A model generated the notes under the pieces. It saw nothing but the letters and a program-made list of their open reading frames with translations, searched no databases and was not told the DNA's origin. Of a stretch of DNA of 64,000 bases, positions 1 to 9,642 are shown one piece after another. A program made the translations under genes and the position numbers. Each line of letters begins with the position of its first letter. Position 1 is the stretch's first letter. The DNA lies in IMG/VR virus record IMGVR_UViG_3300021142_000002, positions 124,001 to 188,000 of that record; one strand, written 5' to 3'.

Positions 1-54
1 CTTTAAATCTCGGAATAAATTTGTTATCTATTAGCCATTGTTTAATTTTACAAA

Positions 55-693
55 TCATGAACATTTACTCCATGAACAACTTAAACAGGTTTTACAACCA
101 TCCATCACAACCACTCCATATTCTCCGCAGGAGGGACATAATAATTTATTGGTGCTAGTACTACCTTTTGTTTTTTCTTCAATGATGGCAATTACATGAG
201 GTTCTAGGACAGGTTTAATGATCATGTTTAGTTTAGTTAAATGATCTTCAATACAAAGACCAATTTTAGCCACTAAACTAGGCACAAAAACACCTTTCTC
301 CCAATGCCCACCTTTAGGGTCAAATACATCTTTTAATTCTTTTACTAAGAAACAGATGTCACCACCTTTTCTAAAGACTGCTGAAGCTAGTCGAGTTAAT
401 GCGATTACCCACTGGAAATGCTCCATGTTTTTAGAGTTAATAAATATCTCATAGGGATGCTTTTGTTCAAACTCAGTACCTTCATTAAGAATGATATCAT
501 TAATGGTTAAATACAGAGCATGTTCAGACTGAGGTGTTTTAATTTTGTAAGTAGAGCCCGTAAGCATTTCAGGACGTTTAATACTTTCGTTCATGGTATC
601 AAACTGAGCTGTTTCAGTAACCCCATCGACTGTTTCTGTATTTTTATTTTTTACTGCAAAGCCTACAATTTTCTTAGTAATTTTAGTGGTCAT
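55..693 (-). CDS. nrdJb: NrdJb-like class II ribonucleotide reductase C-terminal subunit (TSCPD domain + Zn ribbon)
   Basis: RPEMLTGSTYKIKTP..HALYLTINDI..PYEIFINSKNMEHFQW..ALTRL.SAVFRKGGD..FLV.ELK.VFDP.GG pattern; C-terminal CPSC...GCKTCLSCSWSKC. Confidence 0.8.
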   Translation of the reverse strand: MTTKITKKIVGFAVKNKNTETVDGVTETAQFDTMNESIKRPEMLTGSTYKIKTPQSEHALYLTINDIILNEGTEFEQKHPYEIFINSKNMEHFQWVIALTRLASAVFRKGGDICFLVKELKDVFDPKGGHWEKGVFVPSLVAKIGLCIEDHLTKLNMIIKPVLEPHVIAIIEEKTKGSTSTNKLLCPSCGEYGVVVMDGCKTCLSCSWSKCS

Positions 694-1205
694 TAAGCGA
701 TCCTTTTAAATATTTTAAATGCATAGTTAAAGTTAACGGTTTTATCATCAAGAATTAGTTTATCATCTATTAATTCCCAATTATCCATTGAGAAATTAGA
801 AAAAAAAGTATCTCCTGGCATAAAGGTATTAATACTGGTTAAATATAGGTGAGTAGCCATGTCTATAAAGTAATTATAGATATCAGCACCGCCAATAATC
901 CATACTTTATCAGCCTCGGTATTCATCGCATAATGCAATGCCATATCTGGATTATTAGTATATTTTACACCCTCTTTTTCACCATATTGAGATCGACTAA
1001 TAACAATATTAGTTCTATTGGGCAAGGCTCTACCAATAGAGTCAAAAGTATGTCTACCCATAATGACAGGATAGCCTGTGGTGAGTTCTTTAAATCGTTT
1101 TAAATCAGCACTGCAGTGCCAGGGTATTTTACCTTCATTACCTATTACATCGCCGTAAGATACGGCTGCAATAATGTTAATTTCTATTTGTCTAGTCGCA
1201 TTCAC
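693..1205 (-). CDS. folA: Dihydrofolate reductase
   Basis: IIAAVS..VIG.EGKIPW...ADL.RFK..T.G.PVIMGR.TF.SIGR.LP.R.NIV.SR and WIIGGA.IY; probable GTG start at 1205 with AGGAG 9 nt upstream (ORF track starts at 1256). Confidence 0.92.
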   Translation of the reverse strand: MNATRQIEINIIAAVSYGDVIGNEGKIPWHCSADLKRFKELTTGYPVIMGRHTFDSIGRALPNRTNIVISRSQYGEKEGVKYTNNPDMALHYAMNTEADKVWIIGGADIYNYFIDMATHLYLTSINTFMPGDTFFSNFSMDNWELIDDKLILDDKTVNFNYAFKIFKRIA

Positions 1206-1206
1206 T

Positions 1207-3363
1207 CTAATTATCTCCTGGTAATCCAAATTCTTCTCTATAGGGAATATCATCATGCAGTAGCATCGTACTGTTTTTATTCTTTACATACATACCCGTC
1301 ATTTCTAGTACTATATAAAAGCCTGCTACTAACTCTGATACAATTGATCTAATGTTAATGGTGTTAACAAAATCTTTAGGTAATCCACCTTCAAATAATT
1401 CATAAGGCAATAATAGATTGCCACCTAAACCTGTTTTATTATTGACAGCCATCCACTCTTTTAATGGGGTAGAAATAACCACATCTAAACTATCTACCCA
1501 GTTAATAAATTCTCTTTTATTATCAATCTTAGTCGTAATCTTAACGGCTCTGTAAGGGGGCAGTGCAATCTGACCGTATTTATTAGAGAATACTTTCTCC
1601 CATAAGTCATAATGCATATACTTGCTACTCATTGGTTTCTTATAGCTACCAATACCTGATATGTTAACGGTTGATAAATACTCTATTTTACCTTCTTCTA
1701 AAGATCTAGTAATAACATGCTCTAGATTAGCAATCTTTTGCATAAGAGGATAAATGTCAATGCCTTGCCCACTCATTAAACCATCCATGGCTATTTCAAT
1801 AGCACCTTCCAACTTATTCATGATATTCTTAGGTATCTTAGAGTCTTTTAACCCCACCCCTTTAATATCAATCTTAGGTTTTTTATAAACAACACCTTCT
1901 CGACTAGTAATCATTGTTGCATAATGCTTAGCTCTATTTGCCCTCATGTAGATAGCAAAGGCATATTCATTTTTCATTTGCAACGTAAATAACTCATCCT
2001 CAGTAACACCCATTTGCTTACTGGCTAAAGCCATCATGTGGCCAATGACCTGGGCATTAAAATAACATATTAAGTTAGTAATGTTATTAACTTCAAAACC
2101 AAAAGATAATTTACCAAAATACCACTCTACCCAGTCTTGTACGGTAAACATGGTACTGTCAGTATCACTACCGACTACATTACGTCTAATGCTAGATGGA
2201 AATTCATAAATGGAAGGCGGTGCATTATTAGTAATAAAGAAAGTTCTAAAGAAGTCTTTATATTTAATAATCGTTTTAGTAACATAATCAATAGTTCTAG
2301 CATAAGTCTCATAATCCTTATTGCCCCTACCCTTTAAGTCACTAATTTTATCACCTCTAATTAAATCACTGCAGAATATACCCACTAACGCTGCTACCAT
2401 CTCATCTGCATTTTTAATAACATCATCTGCATCTATTGGATATTCTTCAGGCCTAACAATAATCTCAGCTAATAAGTTTCTAACTAAGCTATCGTTAAAT
2501 TTAGCGATATGATAAAGATCGCCCGTATAGACAAAGGCAGCTCTTTGATAACCACTTAATTTACTGACTAAATCATAAATATCTTTTTGATGCTCTCGGT
2601 TAATCCAATAGAACTTAGTACAGCGATTAATTAAATTAACCACATCAATGACTGTAGGTATAACCATGTCATATTTAGTAATAACTTCATGGAGCTGATC
2701 ATAATCAGTATTATTGATAATCGAGAGTATGTTTTCAATAACTACTTTCTTAGACCAATAGTGTCTATTACCTGAAATAAAGCACTCACTAGAAGAATTA
2801 CTATAGCTCACCATAATTCTACAGGTGGAGGTTAAGGTACTATGAGCTGTTTTATTAAATAGTGGATTGTAAGGAGAGCAATGAGCGCCTGAAATACTAT
2901 TGATGAATAACTTAATAGAGTATTCAGCATTGTTACAAATTGCAAAGATATCATCTAAACCCTGTTGCTGTGCTTCAATTCCTCTTTTCTTAATAACTTT
3001 TCTAGCTTTAGTCTTCCCATCAATATAGTTACCTGTAATAGACTTATTGACTTTAGGATTATCATAGACAATTAAGTTAGGACTTAAGATAGATTCTGTT
3101 TTAGTTACATTCTCAATTAACTTATCAAAAGTAACTTGACCTTTTACTCTATCTTGATTAGGCTGTCTTTTTAATACATGCATTAATACTGGTTTTAATG
3201 CAAATAAACCACCTTCAGACGTTTGTTTTAAAACAAAGTCTTCACAATCTTGCAGAGGTTTTCCTGTCTTTAAATGTAGATAACTCGCTGATAATTTTCT
3301 AGCATTACCGACTATATCTAAATCTCTTTTATATTCACTTTTATCTAGTAAAAAAACATCCAT
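1207..3363 (-). CDS. phiKZ-type family B-like DNA polymerase (gp50-like)
   Basis: 718 aa; KLFINSISG (motif B-like), GSDTDS (motif C DxD), MKNEY, RAKHY, KIDIKGV; near PhuZ as in phiKZ-like phages. Confidence 0.85.
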   Translation of the reverse strand: MDVFLLDKSEYKRDLDIVGNARKLSASYLHLKTGKPLQDCEDFVLKQTSEGGLFALKPVLMHVLKRQPNQDRVKGQVTFDKLIENVTKTESILSPNLIVYDNPKVNKSITGNYIDGKTKARKVIKKRGIEAQQQGLDDIFAICNNAEYSIKLFINSISGAHCSPYNPLFNKTAHSTLTSTCRIMVSYSNSSSECFISGNRHYWSKKVVIENILSIINNTDYDQLHEVITKYDMVIPTVIDVVNLINRCTKFYWINREHQKDIYDLVSKLSGYQRAAFVYTGDLYHIAKFNDSLVRNLLAEIIVRPEEYPIDADDVIKNADEMVAALVGIFCSDLIRGDKISDLKGRGNKDYETYARTIDYVTKTIIKYKDFFRTFFITNNAPPSIYEFPSSIRRNVVGSDTDSTMFTVQDWVEWYFGKLSFGFEVNNITNLICYFNAQVIGHMMALASKQMGVTEDELFTLQMKNEYAFAIYMRANRAKHYATMITSREGVVYKKPKIDIKGVGLKDSKIPKNIMNKLEGAIEIAMDGLMSGQGIDIYPLMQKIANLEHVITRSLEEGKIEYLSTVNISGIGSYKKPMSSKYMHYDLWEKVFSNKYGQIALPPYRAVKITTKIDNKREFINWVDSLDVVISTPLKEWMAVNNKTGLGGNLLLPYELFEGGLPKDFVNTINIRSIVSELVAGFYIVLEMTGMYVKNKNSTMLLHDDIPYREEFGLPGDN

Positions 3364-3423
3364 AATAGCTCCAACTATCTTACCCTGTACTATAAGTACA
3401 AGATAAGATGGCTGAATTTTTTA

Positions 3424-3846
3424 TTAACTTAAAGAGATTGTAATATCGGAATACCCATTAGACATGAGCAAATTTGATAGGCTATTAACTAGACTAGAAT
3501 CAAAGTTTTTAATGACCACAGTAGCTGTTTGCATTAATAAACGACTAACTGAGTTAGGCTGTATCCATGGAATACCAAATTCTAAAATAGAGTTATCTGG
3601 CATTCTAATGACTAAATAATTATACTTAGTATAATCATTAGGCACTGGCATAACATTTTGACTAGGCAGACTAGAGTAGATGTTAGCATGATTAACTGCA
3701 GCCAGTGACGGATACTTTAAATTATTTCCAGAGCTAATGCCTTGTAGTATACCATTAACTACATTAGGCACATCATTGAGTCCATAGCAGTTAAAGGTGA
3801 CAGTATCACCAATATTTAATTTACTTATTTCGACCATTTCTGACAT
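3424..3846 (-). CDS. Conserved jumbo-phage hypothetical protein (SH3-like N-terminus)
   Basis: ORF in operon; LNIGDTVTF...NHANIY..LP...GIPWI pattern recalled from phiKZ-like proteins. Confidence 0.6.
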   Translation of the reverse strand: MSEMVEISKLNIGDTVTFNCYGLNDVPNVVNGILQGISSGNNLKYPSLAAVNHANIYSSLPSQNVMPVPNDYTKYNYLVIRMPDNSILEFGIPWIQPNSVSRLLMQTATVVIKNFDSSLVNSLSNLLMSNGYSDITISLS

Positions 3847-4033
3847 AAGTGCCCTCCATTATTTGTTTGAGTTCTTTTGTTTGTTCAGCAATGCCATGAT
3901 TTAAATGGCTTAAAAATTTAGCTTCAATTTCAGACATAGCATAACCTGTCTTACTTTTAAACTTAGCAGTTACTCTTTTTAATGCATCTAATGAAGATTG
4001 TTTTGTGGTAATTAATTCTTGTCTATTAGCCAA
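3821..4033 (-). CDS. Hypothetical protein
   Basis: 70-aa ORF in co-directional operon. Confidence 0.55.
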   Translation of the reverse strand: MANRQELITTKQSSLDALKRVTAKFKSKTGYAMSEIEAKFLSHLNHGIAEQTKELKQIMEGTYVRNGRNK

Positions 4034-4056
4034 GTTTATTTTCTTCTATGTTATTA

Positions 4057-4458
4057 TTATAAAATTTTAATGCCGGTAGCTACTTCCTCTGCTTTAATTA
4101 AATCTGTTGGCTCCAGTACATAGATTAATTTTTTATCTCTATAATAAACATTTTGAACAATGCCAAAGACTTTTTTCGTAATCTCTTTAATGTAGTTGGG
4201 TAATTCTTTTATAGCACCATAAGGGTAGGGCACATCTATTTCGGCAACAACACCTAGAGTAGTTCTTGTGGTATAAGTCTTACACGGGGCCATTGAATAA
4301 TTTGTGTAGGTAAAAAGCTGAGTACCATCATCTAGTTCTTCCACTGCATTAATATAAATGGGTGCTAAAGTGGTATTAAAGACAAAACGACCAATAATAG
4401 CAGGCTCTTCTAACAGGTAATGCTTTCCTGCCGAAATCTTTATTTTTTCTTCACTCAT
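4057..4458 (-). CDS. Hypothetical protein
   Basis: 133-aa ORF with AGGAG RBS. Confidence 0.65.
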   Translation of the reverse strand: MSEEKIKISAGKHYLLEEPAIIGRFVFNTTLAPIYINAVEELDDGTQLFTYTNYSMAPCKTYTTRTTLGVVAEIDVPYPYGAIKELPNYIKEITKKVFGIVQNVYYRDKKLIYVLEPTDLIKAEEVATGIKIL

Positions 4459-4470
4459 CTTTATTTTCTC

Positions 4471-4929
4471 CTAATAATTATATTTAACAACATTGACCAC
4501 TAGCTTATAATCTAGTGTGTATGAATAATCTACTATTATCTTACCCTGCATCTGCTGGTTTAAAGAACTCGCTAGATTTAACATAATTTGATTAAATCTA
4601 AAAACAAACCAATCCTTTACATCAGTAGGTAGTATAATGTCTTCTACTAAATCAGTAATGGCTGAATACTCTTCAGTTTCATAACCCTCTAATAACCTAA
4701 AGAACTCAGCCATAATTACTTTCGGTTTATTTATTACCAAACCATAAGCCCCTATATGAGGCTCTAAGTATTCCTCATATAGGTTTTTTAGATCTAATAA
4801 GTCAACGAGATATCTTTCATAGATTGGGTCAGGTGAACTTTGAATTAAATTCTCTAATTCTCCTTTAGGGTACAAACTTTCCATTTCTGATATGCTCCTC
4901 TTCCCACATGTTAATCCTAAAGTCACCAA
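4471..4929 (-). CDS. Hypothetical protein
   Basis: ORF in operon; start may be the downstream ATG at 4884. Confidence 0.6.
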   Translation of the reverse strand: MVTLGLTCGKRSISEMESLYPKGELENLIQSSPDPIYERYLVDLLDLKNLYEEYLEPHIGAYGLVINKPKVIMAEFFRLLEGYETEEYSAITDLVEDIILPTDVKDWFVFRFNQIMLNLASSLNQQMQGKIIVDYSYTLDYKLVVNVVKYNY

Positions 4930-5326
4930 AATTCTCTAATCTATAGATGCCCGTTTTAGTTTTCTTTAAAGACCATACATTAAAGGTATCTCTACCCATA
5001 CAGTCGCAGATAATGGAATGGAAATGTTGAACACTGTATAAATCCTCTAATGTATCTGTTAATGTTAACTGATCTATATCCTTATAGATTTCAGTAAACC
5101 ATTCTACTGGATCACTTTTACTAAGAAAAAAATGATCTCTAATACATGTGTTTGTATTACACTCTATTGTGGCTAAGAAATCCTCATATAGCAGTTTTTC
5201 TAAATCCTTTATATATGCATTATTATCCATTTCCCGTCGATATGGATTTACATAGGCTATAATGTAAGATAATACTTCCCTAGAAAGACTGGCTATGTCT
5301 AACATTACAATGCCTTTATTTTGCAT
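4865..5326 (-). CDS. Hypothetical protein
   Basis: 153-aa ORF with GAGGAG RBS. Confidence 0.65.
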   Translation of the reverse strand: MQNKGIVMLDIASLSREVLSYIIAYVNPYRREMDNNAYIKDLEKLLYEDFLATIECNTNTCIRDHFFLSKSDPVEWFTEIYKDIDQLTLTDTLEDLYSVQHFHSIICDCMGRDTFNVWSLKKTKTGIYRLENFGDFRINMWEEEHIRNGKFVP

Positions 5327-5351
5327 TTAAACTCCTCTGACTGAATAAAAA

Positions 5352-5383
5352 GTGTGTACCCATAGGTTACTATGGGTACACAC
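5352..5383 (-). terminator. Hairpin terminator after PhuZ
   Basis: GTGTGTACCCATAG-GTTA-CTATGGGTACACAC, 14-bp stem, T-run follows on minus strand. Confidence 0.75.
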
Positions 5384-5397
5384 GATTTACGTCTTAA

Positions 5398-6378
5398 TTA
5401 CAAAAATAAATCATTATCTTCGACATCATCAAAAACAGGTTGTGAAACTGCTAATAGATTAGTTTTTGATCTTGCATAATCATCAACTATTTTCTTTAAT
5501 GAGGCAACACGATCATTTAAGAATTGATTAGTAATGATAAAATGCATTGCGGGCACGGCATGTTTACTGCTATCTTGAGCCGCTTCATCGCAGTAACCAA
5601 CAGTTGAATAGAGCTGACCTAAGCTAATTTCAGGATCAGCCTTTGAAGTTAATAAACTAGCTACTGAAATAGCAGTTAAACCTTCAATCGTAGTAACCGG
5701 CGTATTAGATACTGAGAATACTAGATCAGTTAATTGCACGGGTACAGCAGTTACTCTTTCATAGTTTAACCAGTTGTCAATGTCTTTAGTATCCAAATGG
5801 TTATTGGTACCTGACAGTAACATTGAAATGGCTCTAAGATCCCCATTAATAGTTTCATCCACCATAAGCATATGTGTGCTTTCACAGTTGGTGTAAAATG
5901 CTACAGTAATTGCTTTGTTTAACTTAGCAGTTAATGTTTGCAAGTTACTTAATGTAGAATAGGCATTATTAGCTTCTTTGGCAGAAGCTGTAGAAATAAT
6001 ACAAAAGCAAATAACTGTTTGATTACGCTTTAATAATTCCTCTACTAATAATGGGGCTAATACGCTACCACTTCCGCCCGATGCACCAAAGACCACTAAG
6101 TTAAAAGCTTTAGGTGGATGCTTTAACAAAATATCATCAATGTGTGGTTTAGCTACTTGATGTGCAAAAGCTCTATTTTTACCAGAACCATCAACACCTG
6201 GAATAATAAATACATCGCCTTTATTTCCTACTTTATGCAGGTTACTGCGGCTAGTATCAATTAAGCTAAAAAACGTTTCAGGAAACCCTGCGCTATCACT
6301 TGGAATGTTAACAGACTGTACTACATTTACACCTGCCCCACCAACTCCATATACTCTTACCGTTGATTGTTTTTTCAT
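5398..6378 (-). CDS. phuZ: PhuZ phage tubulin
   Basis: VYGVGGAGVNV, DTSRSN, DGSGKNR, GASGGSGS tubulin signature; acidic C-tail DDVEDNDLFL; 326 aa. Confidence 0.92.
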   Translation of the reverse strand: MKKQSTVRVYGVGGAGVNVVQSVNIPSDSAGFPETFFSLIDTSRSNLHKVGNKGDVFIIPGVDGSGKNRAFAHQVAKPHIDDILLKHPPKAFNLVVFGASGGSGSVLAPLLVEELLKRNQTVICFCIISTASAKEANNAYSTLSNLQTLTAKLNKAITVAFYTNCESTHMLMVDETINGDLRAISMLLSGTNNHLDTKDIDNWLNYERVTAVPVQLTDLVFSVSNTPVTTIEGLTAISVASLLTSKADPEISLGQLYSTVGYCDEAAQDSSKHAVPAMHFIITNQFLNDRVASLKKIVDDYARSKTNLLAVSQPVFDDVEDNDLFL

Positions 6379-6448
6379 TTGTTTAATTCCTCAAATTTTT
6401 GACTTTGAATTGGTAGCTGCCCGTCTTAATCTTGAAACTATATTCATT

Positions 6449-6733
6449 TTACACCTCCTTTAATTCGTTTTCGGGATAAAGAATGTCTTCGAGTTTTGTA
6501 TATTCACCGTGCTTTTCCACCCTTAACAAATACGCAGGGCCATAAGCTTCATAACGTTGTTCACGTACAGTAAAGATATAATTTTCAGCTGATTGACCAT
6601 AAAAGGTATCAGGTTTAACTTGTTCATCAATCTTAAATTTAAAGTCCACCTTAGTTAAGTCAGTGGCAAAAATAGATAATATATTATTATCGCTTAATTG
6701 CTCGCAAATGTAAATTGGGCCACTGTATGGCAT
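6449..6733 (-). CDS. Hypothetical protein
   Basis: 94-aa ORF. Confidence 0.55.
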   Translation of the reverse strand: MPYSGPIYICEQLSDNNILSIFATDLTKVDFKFKIDEQVKPDTFYGQSAENYIFTVREQRYEAYGPAYLLRVEKHGEYTKLEDILYPENELKEV

Positions 6734-6766
6734 TGCAAACGAAATAACCCTAAAGTGTGCATTACC

Positions 6767-8113
6767 CTAATTTATTAGAAAGGTATTGGGTTCAAAGACT
6801 TTAGTTAAATCTTCTTCATTGGTTACAAAGGGGCCATCTTCAGTAAAGACATGTATGCCTTCAGCCTTTCCTGTTTTTACCACCTTACCAACCTTATAGT
6901 GACAATCCTCGGTCAAGAAGAATACACGATCGCCCGGTTTAATGTCTTCACCATTAGAATACTTACTGATTTTTGAATTTGGCTTATAAAGGTTTTTAAT
7001 GACATCATATTTAACCTGATATGCACGCAACTGATCCAATGGTATGGATACAATAGTTGGATTTCCTTCATTGCCGTTGAGTACAATACATCTATAACAG
7101 TATGCCGATCCAGTTGGAGAATAGTCACTTATTACATCATCAATAAGCCATGGATATTTATTTAAGTCATCAAAAGGCTCACTCATCTGAATGACATCGC
7201 CAATTGTAAAAAATCCGCCCAATGATTTTATTTCATTTTGATTAAGTGGTCTAATTGCACTTAAATGTTGTGTAATAAAAGAGAGTTTTTCAGTACTAGC
7301 ATTTAAATCAATCTTCTCTTGCACTTGTATGGCTATTAAATCTAACGAAAAAAGACCACTTTCGCCCTTTCCCGTTATTTTATAAACGTTTATGTTTGTT
7401 TGCGCATCAGGACTAGCATTAGTAACAACAGTGTTAATGTCGGGTTCCCACGTATAGATCAATGTGTCTAAATTAATTTCTTCTTGCATGACTTCTTTCT
7501 CTTCTTTGTGAATGTTTTTTATGAGTTTAAAGCTATCTTCAATCTTTTTAATAGCTTTAATAGAAATGTAATATCTTCCGAATGAATCCTTATTATTAAT
7601 TAAAGGGATAAATTCATAAGACACTGTGTCAGTTCTTTCTTGATGAATAATATCATTAACCAATAACGGGTATCGATTAGAAAATAATTTATCATCTAGT
7701 TTTCTAACAATATCACCTGGTTTAAAAATCCCACCCAATAACTCCACCTGCTCTTGATTAGGACACACCACCTCCTCGGATAAGTAGTTTCTTATTGGCA
7801 TTTTATTTTGATCAAAATATTTATTAAAGTATTTAACTTTAGAGTTATCTTTAAGAATTCGCCCAAGTCTTTCTGAAACTATCATTCGCTCCGCTTTAAT
7901 AGTAGCTACCTTAAAGACAAAATCAATTGCTCGTTCAGGATCATTTGTTATTTCCTTATCAAAGAAAACAGAATTTTGCTGAGGTTTCCATTCATAGTCG
8001 AAGTCAATAGTTTCTTCATTAAGATCATTTAAAGACCTTAATTTAAATTCATTGTGCAAATTACTATTAACTAACTTTCTTATTTCTTCTTGGTCATAGA
8101 CTATTCTGCTCAT
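6767..8113 (-). CDS. Hypothetical protein with internally duplicated ~160-aa domain
   Basis: LGGIFKPGDIV...YPLLVNDII vs LGGFFTIGDVI...YPWLIDDVI; C-terminal IKPGDRVFF KOW/SH3-like motif. Confidence 0.7.
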   Translation of the reverse strand: MSRIVYDQEEIRKLVNSNLHNEFKLRSLNDLNEETIDFDYEWKPQQNSVFFDKEITNDPERAIDFVFKVATIKAERMIVSERLGRILKDNSKVKYFNKYFDQNKMPIRNYLSEEVVCPNQEQVELLGGIFKPGDIVRKLDDKLFSNRYPLLVNDIIHQERTDTVSYEFIPLINNKDSFGRYYISIKAIKKIEDSFKLIKNIHKEEKEVMQEEINLDTLIYTWEPDINTVVTNASPDAQTNINVYKITGKGESGLFSLDLIAIQVQEKIDLNASTEKLSFITQHLSAIRPLNQNEIKSLGGFFTIGDVIQMSEPFDDLNKYPWLIDDVISDYSPTGSAYCYRCIVLNGNEGNPTIVSIPLDQLRAYQVKYDVIKNLYKPNSKISKYSNGEDIKPGDRVFFLTEDCHYKVGKVVKTGKAEGIHVFTEDGPFVTNEEDLTKVFEPNTFLIN

Positions 8114-8164
8114 TTTATTTCTCCTTTTATTTTATGATTAAGCAAATATACAATATCTGCTATT

Positions 8165-8190
8165 AGATAATGTATATATGTTTAAAATTT
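8165..8190 (-). promoter_or_regulatory. Putative early phage promoter
   Basis: Minus strand TTTTAAACATATATACATTATCT upstream of the 8113 start. Confidence 0.6.
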
Positions 8191-8250
8191 AAACTTATTG
8201 TTACAATAACATTGTAACTTGACTTATATTTTAATAAGAGGATAATTATA

Positions 8251-8997
8251 ATGCATAGTAGCATGCAGTACTTAATAGGGAATATAATATCTTATATTCC
8301 AAAGGAAATATTAGAGTTAGCATTTCAGCCTCAATTAACTTTAAATCAATTAAATAATTCACTAGAGTGGAAAATACAAGAAGAAGTTATCCGCAATCGA
8401 GTATTAAAAGATTGTGATATGGTAGCAGGGATTGAAACCACTATTGATATCACTAGCTGTAGAGCCGATTGGGTCAATATGGGTATGGTATACCACATTG
8501 GTTTAGGTCCTACTGCAGGCAGGACTATTACTTCAGTATTATCTGTTGGTTATAGTTATAATGCAATGGCAGGTGGTCAGCCTGGTATAGCCAGTGCTTT
8601 AACAGAGCCTCTGCAAACATCAGATGCCAGAATACAATTAGTAGGACATAATGTAGTTTATGTAGAAGGATATATTGGTGTTAGATTAACTAATATGAAA
8701 GTAGTATTACAGAATGATGAAAACTTTAATAATGTTAATACTAGAAACTTAAGGCTATTAGCGGATATGTGTTTAAATGCCTGTAAAGCTATTATCTTTA
8801 ATAAATTTAATGTATCGTTAGGCAGTGCTATTGTATTGCGCGGTGTGGATATGCCTAAAATACAATCTATCGTAGATGGCTATTCTGATGCCGAGGAAAA
8901 GTATAAAGAATTGTTAGATACGAAATGGTACAAGGCTAATATGTTTGGCGATAGAGTAACGCTGAATAGAATGATTAGAAGAATGGTACCAAGCTAA
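8251..8997 (+). CDS. Conserved phiKZ-like protein (likely virion/late)
   Basis: IPKEILELAF...I.EEVI..RVL.DC....G pattern recalled from phiKZ-like genomes; GAGG RBS. Confidence 0.6.
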   Translation: MHSSMQYLIGNIISYIPKEILELAFQPQLTLNQLNNSLEWKIQEEVIRNRVLKDCDMVAGIETTIDITSCRADWVNMGMVYHIGLGPTAGRTITSVLSVGYSYNAMAGGQPGIASALTEPLQTSDARIQLVGHNVVYVEGYIGVRLTNMKVVLQNDENFNNVNTRNLRLLADMCLNACKAIIFNKFNVSLGSAIVLRGVDMPKIQSIVDGYSDAEEKYKELLDTKWYKANMFGDRVTLNRMIRRMVPS

Positions 8998-9012
8998 AAA
9001 AAATAACATAGT

Positions 9013-9044
9013 AGAGTATACAGAGCCTAGGCTCTGTATACTCT
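9013..9044. terminator. Perfect 32-bp palindrome between convergent genes
   Basis: AGAGTATACAGAGCCTAGGCTCTGTATACTCT. Confidence 0.7.
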
Positions 9045-9052
9045 TTATGCAA

Positions 9053-9340
9053 TTACTGCATTTGTTTTAGCGAATAAGCCATTTGGTTTAAACCTATAGC
9101 ATAGTTGTATATAAAGGGTCCAAGGTATTTCATTGTAGCACGACTGATTATAGCACGATTGCCTCTAAACCTTCCAATGTATTTATAATCTCTTTTTAAC
9201 CAAAGTCTGGAATGCCATTTGTGATATCTATTATCCCTTGGGAATCGTTTATATAACTCTTCACGTTCTTTAAACCGCTTAGATGCAGCACCCAGAACAA
9301 TAGATCTTTTATAAACGATTACTTTCTTTCTAAACTTCAT
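9053..9340 (-). CDS. Hypothetical basic protein
   Basis: 95-aa ORF coupled to upstream gene. Confidence 0.55.
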   Translation of the reverse strand: MKFRKKVIVYKRSIVLGAASKRFKEREELYKRFPRDNRYHKWHSRLWLKRDYKYIGRFRGNRAIISRATMKYLGPFIYNYAIGLNQMAYSLKQMQ

Positions 9341-9642
9341 TCTATTTCTCCTTGATTTTTTAATAAAATTAATTTGTCACGAACCTCTATACATTTTTTA
9401 TATTTTACCATAAGTTCACCACGTTTCTGATGACTCATAGTAAAACGATTATCAAGAGCTAATCTATTTTTAACATATTCAATATAGTATATTACATTAT
9501 CAAAGGAATTTATTCCATCAGGATATGCGCCTGCAGTAGCTAGATAAAGACTTTGACAAAATAAACTTTTATCTTTTATAGAAATAACTACAGGAATGTT
9601 ATCATAGCATATGGTAAAAACTTCTTCATTAGCATTAGCCAT
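9337..9642 (-). CDS. Hypothetical protein
   Basis: 101-aa ORF in operon. Confidence 0.55.
   Translation of the reverse strand: MANANEEVFTICYDNIPVVISIKDKSLFCQSLYLATAGAYPDGINSFDNVIYYIEYVKNRLALDNRFTMSHQKRGELMVKYKKCIEVRDKLILLKNQGEIE

Noticed and set aside
849-2512. Short plus-strand ORFs (849, 1116, 2137, 2321)
   Set aside because: They are antisense shadows of DHFR and the polymerase, with no RBS or recognisable motif.
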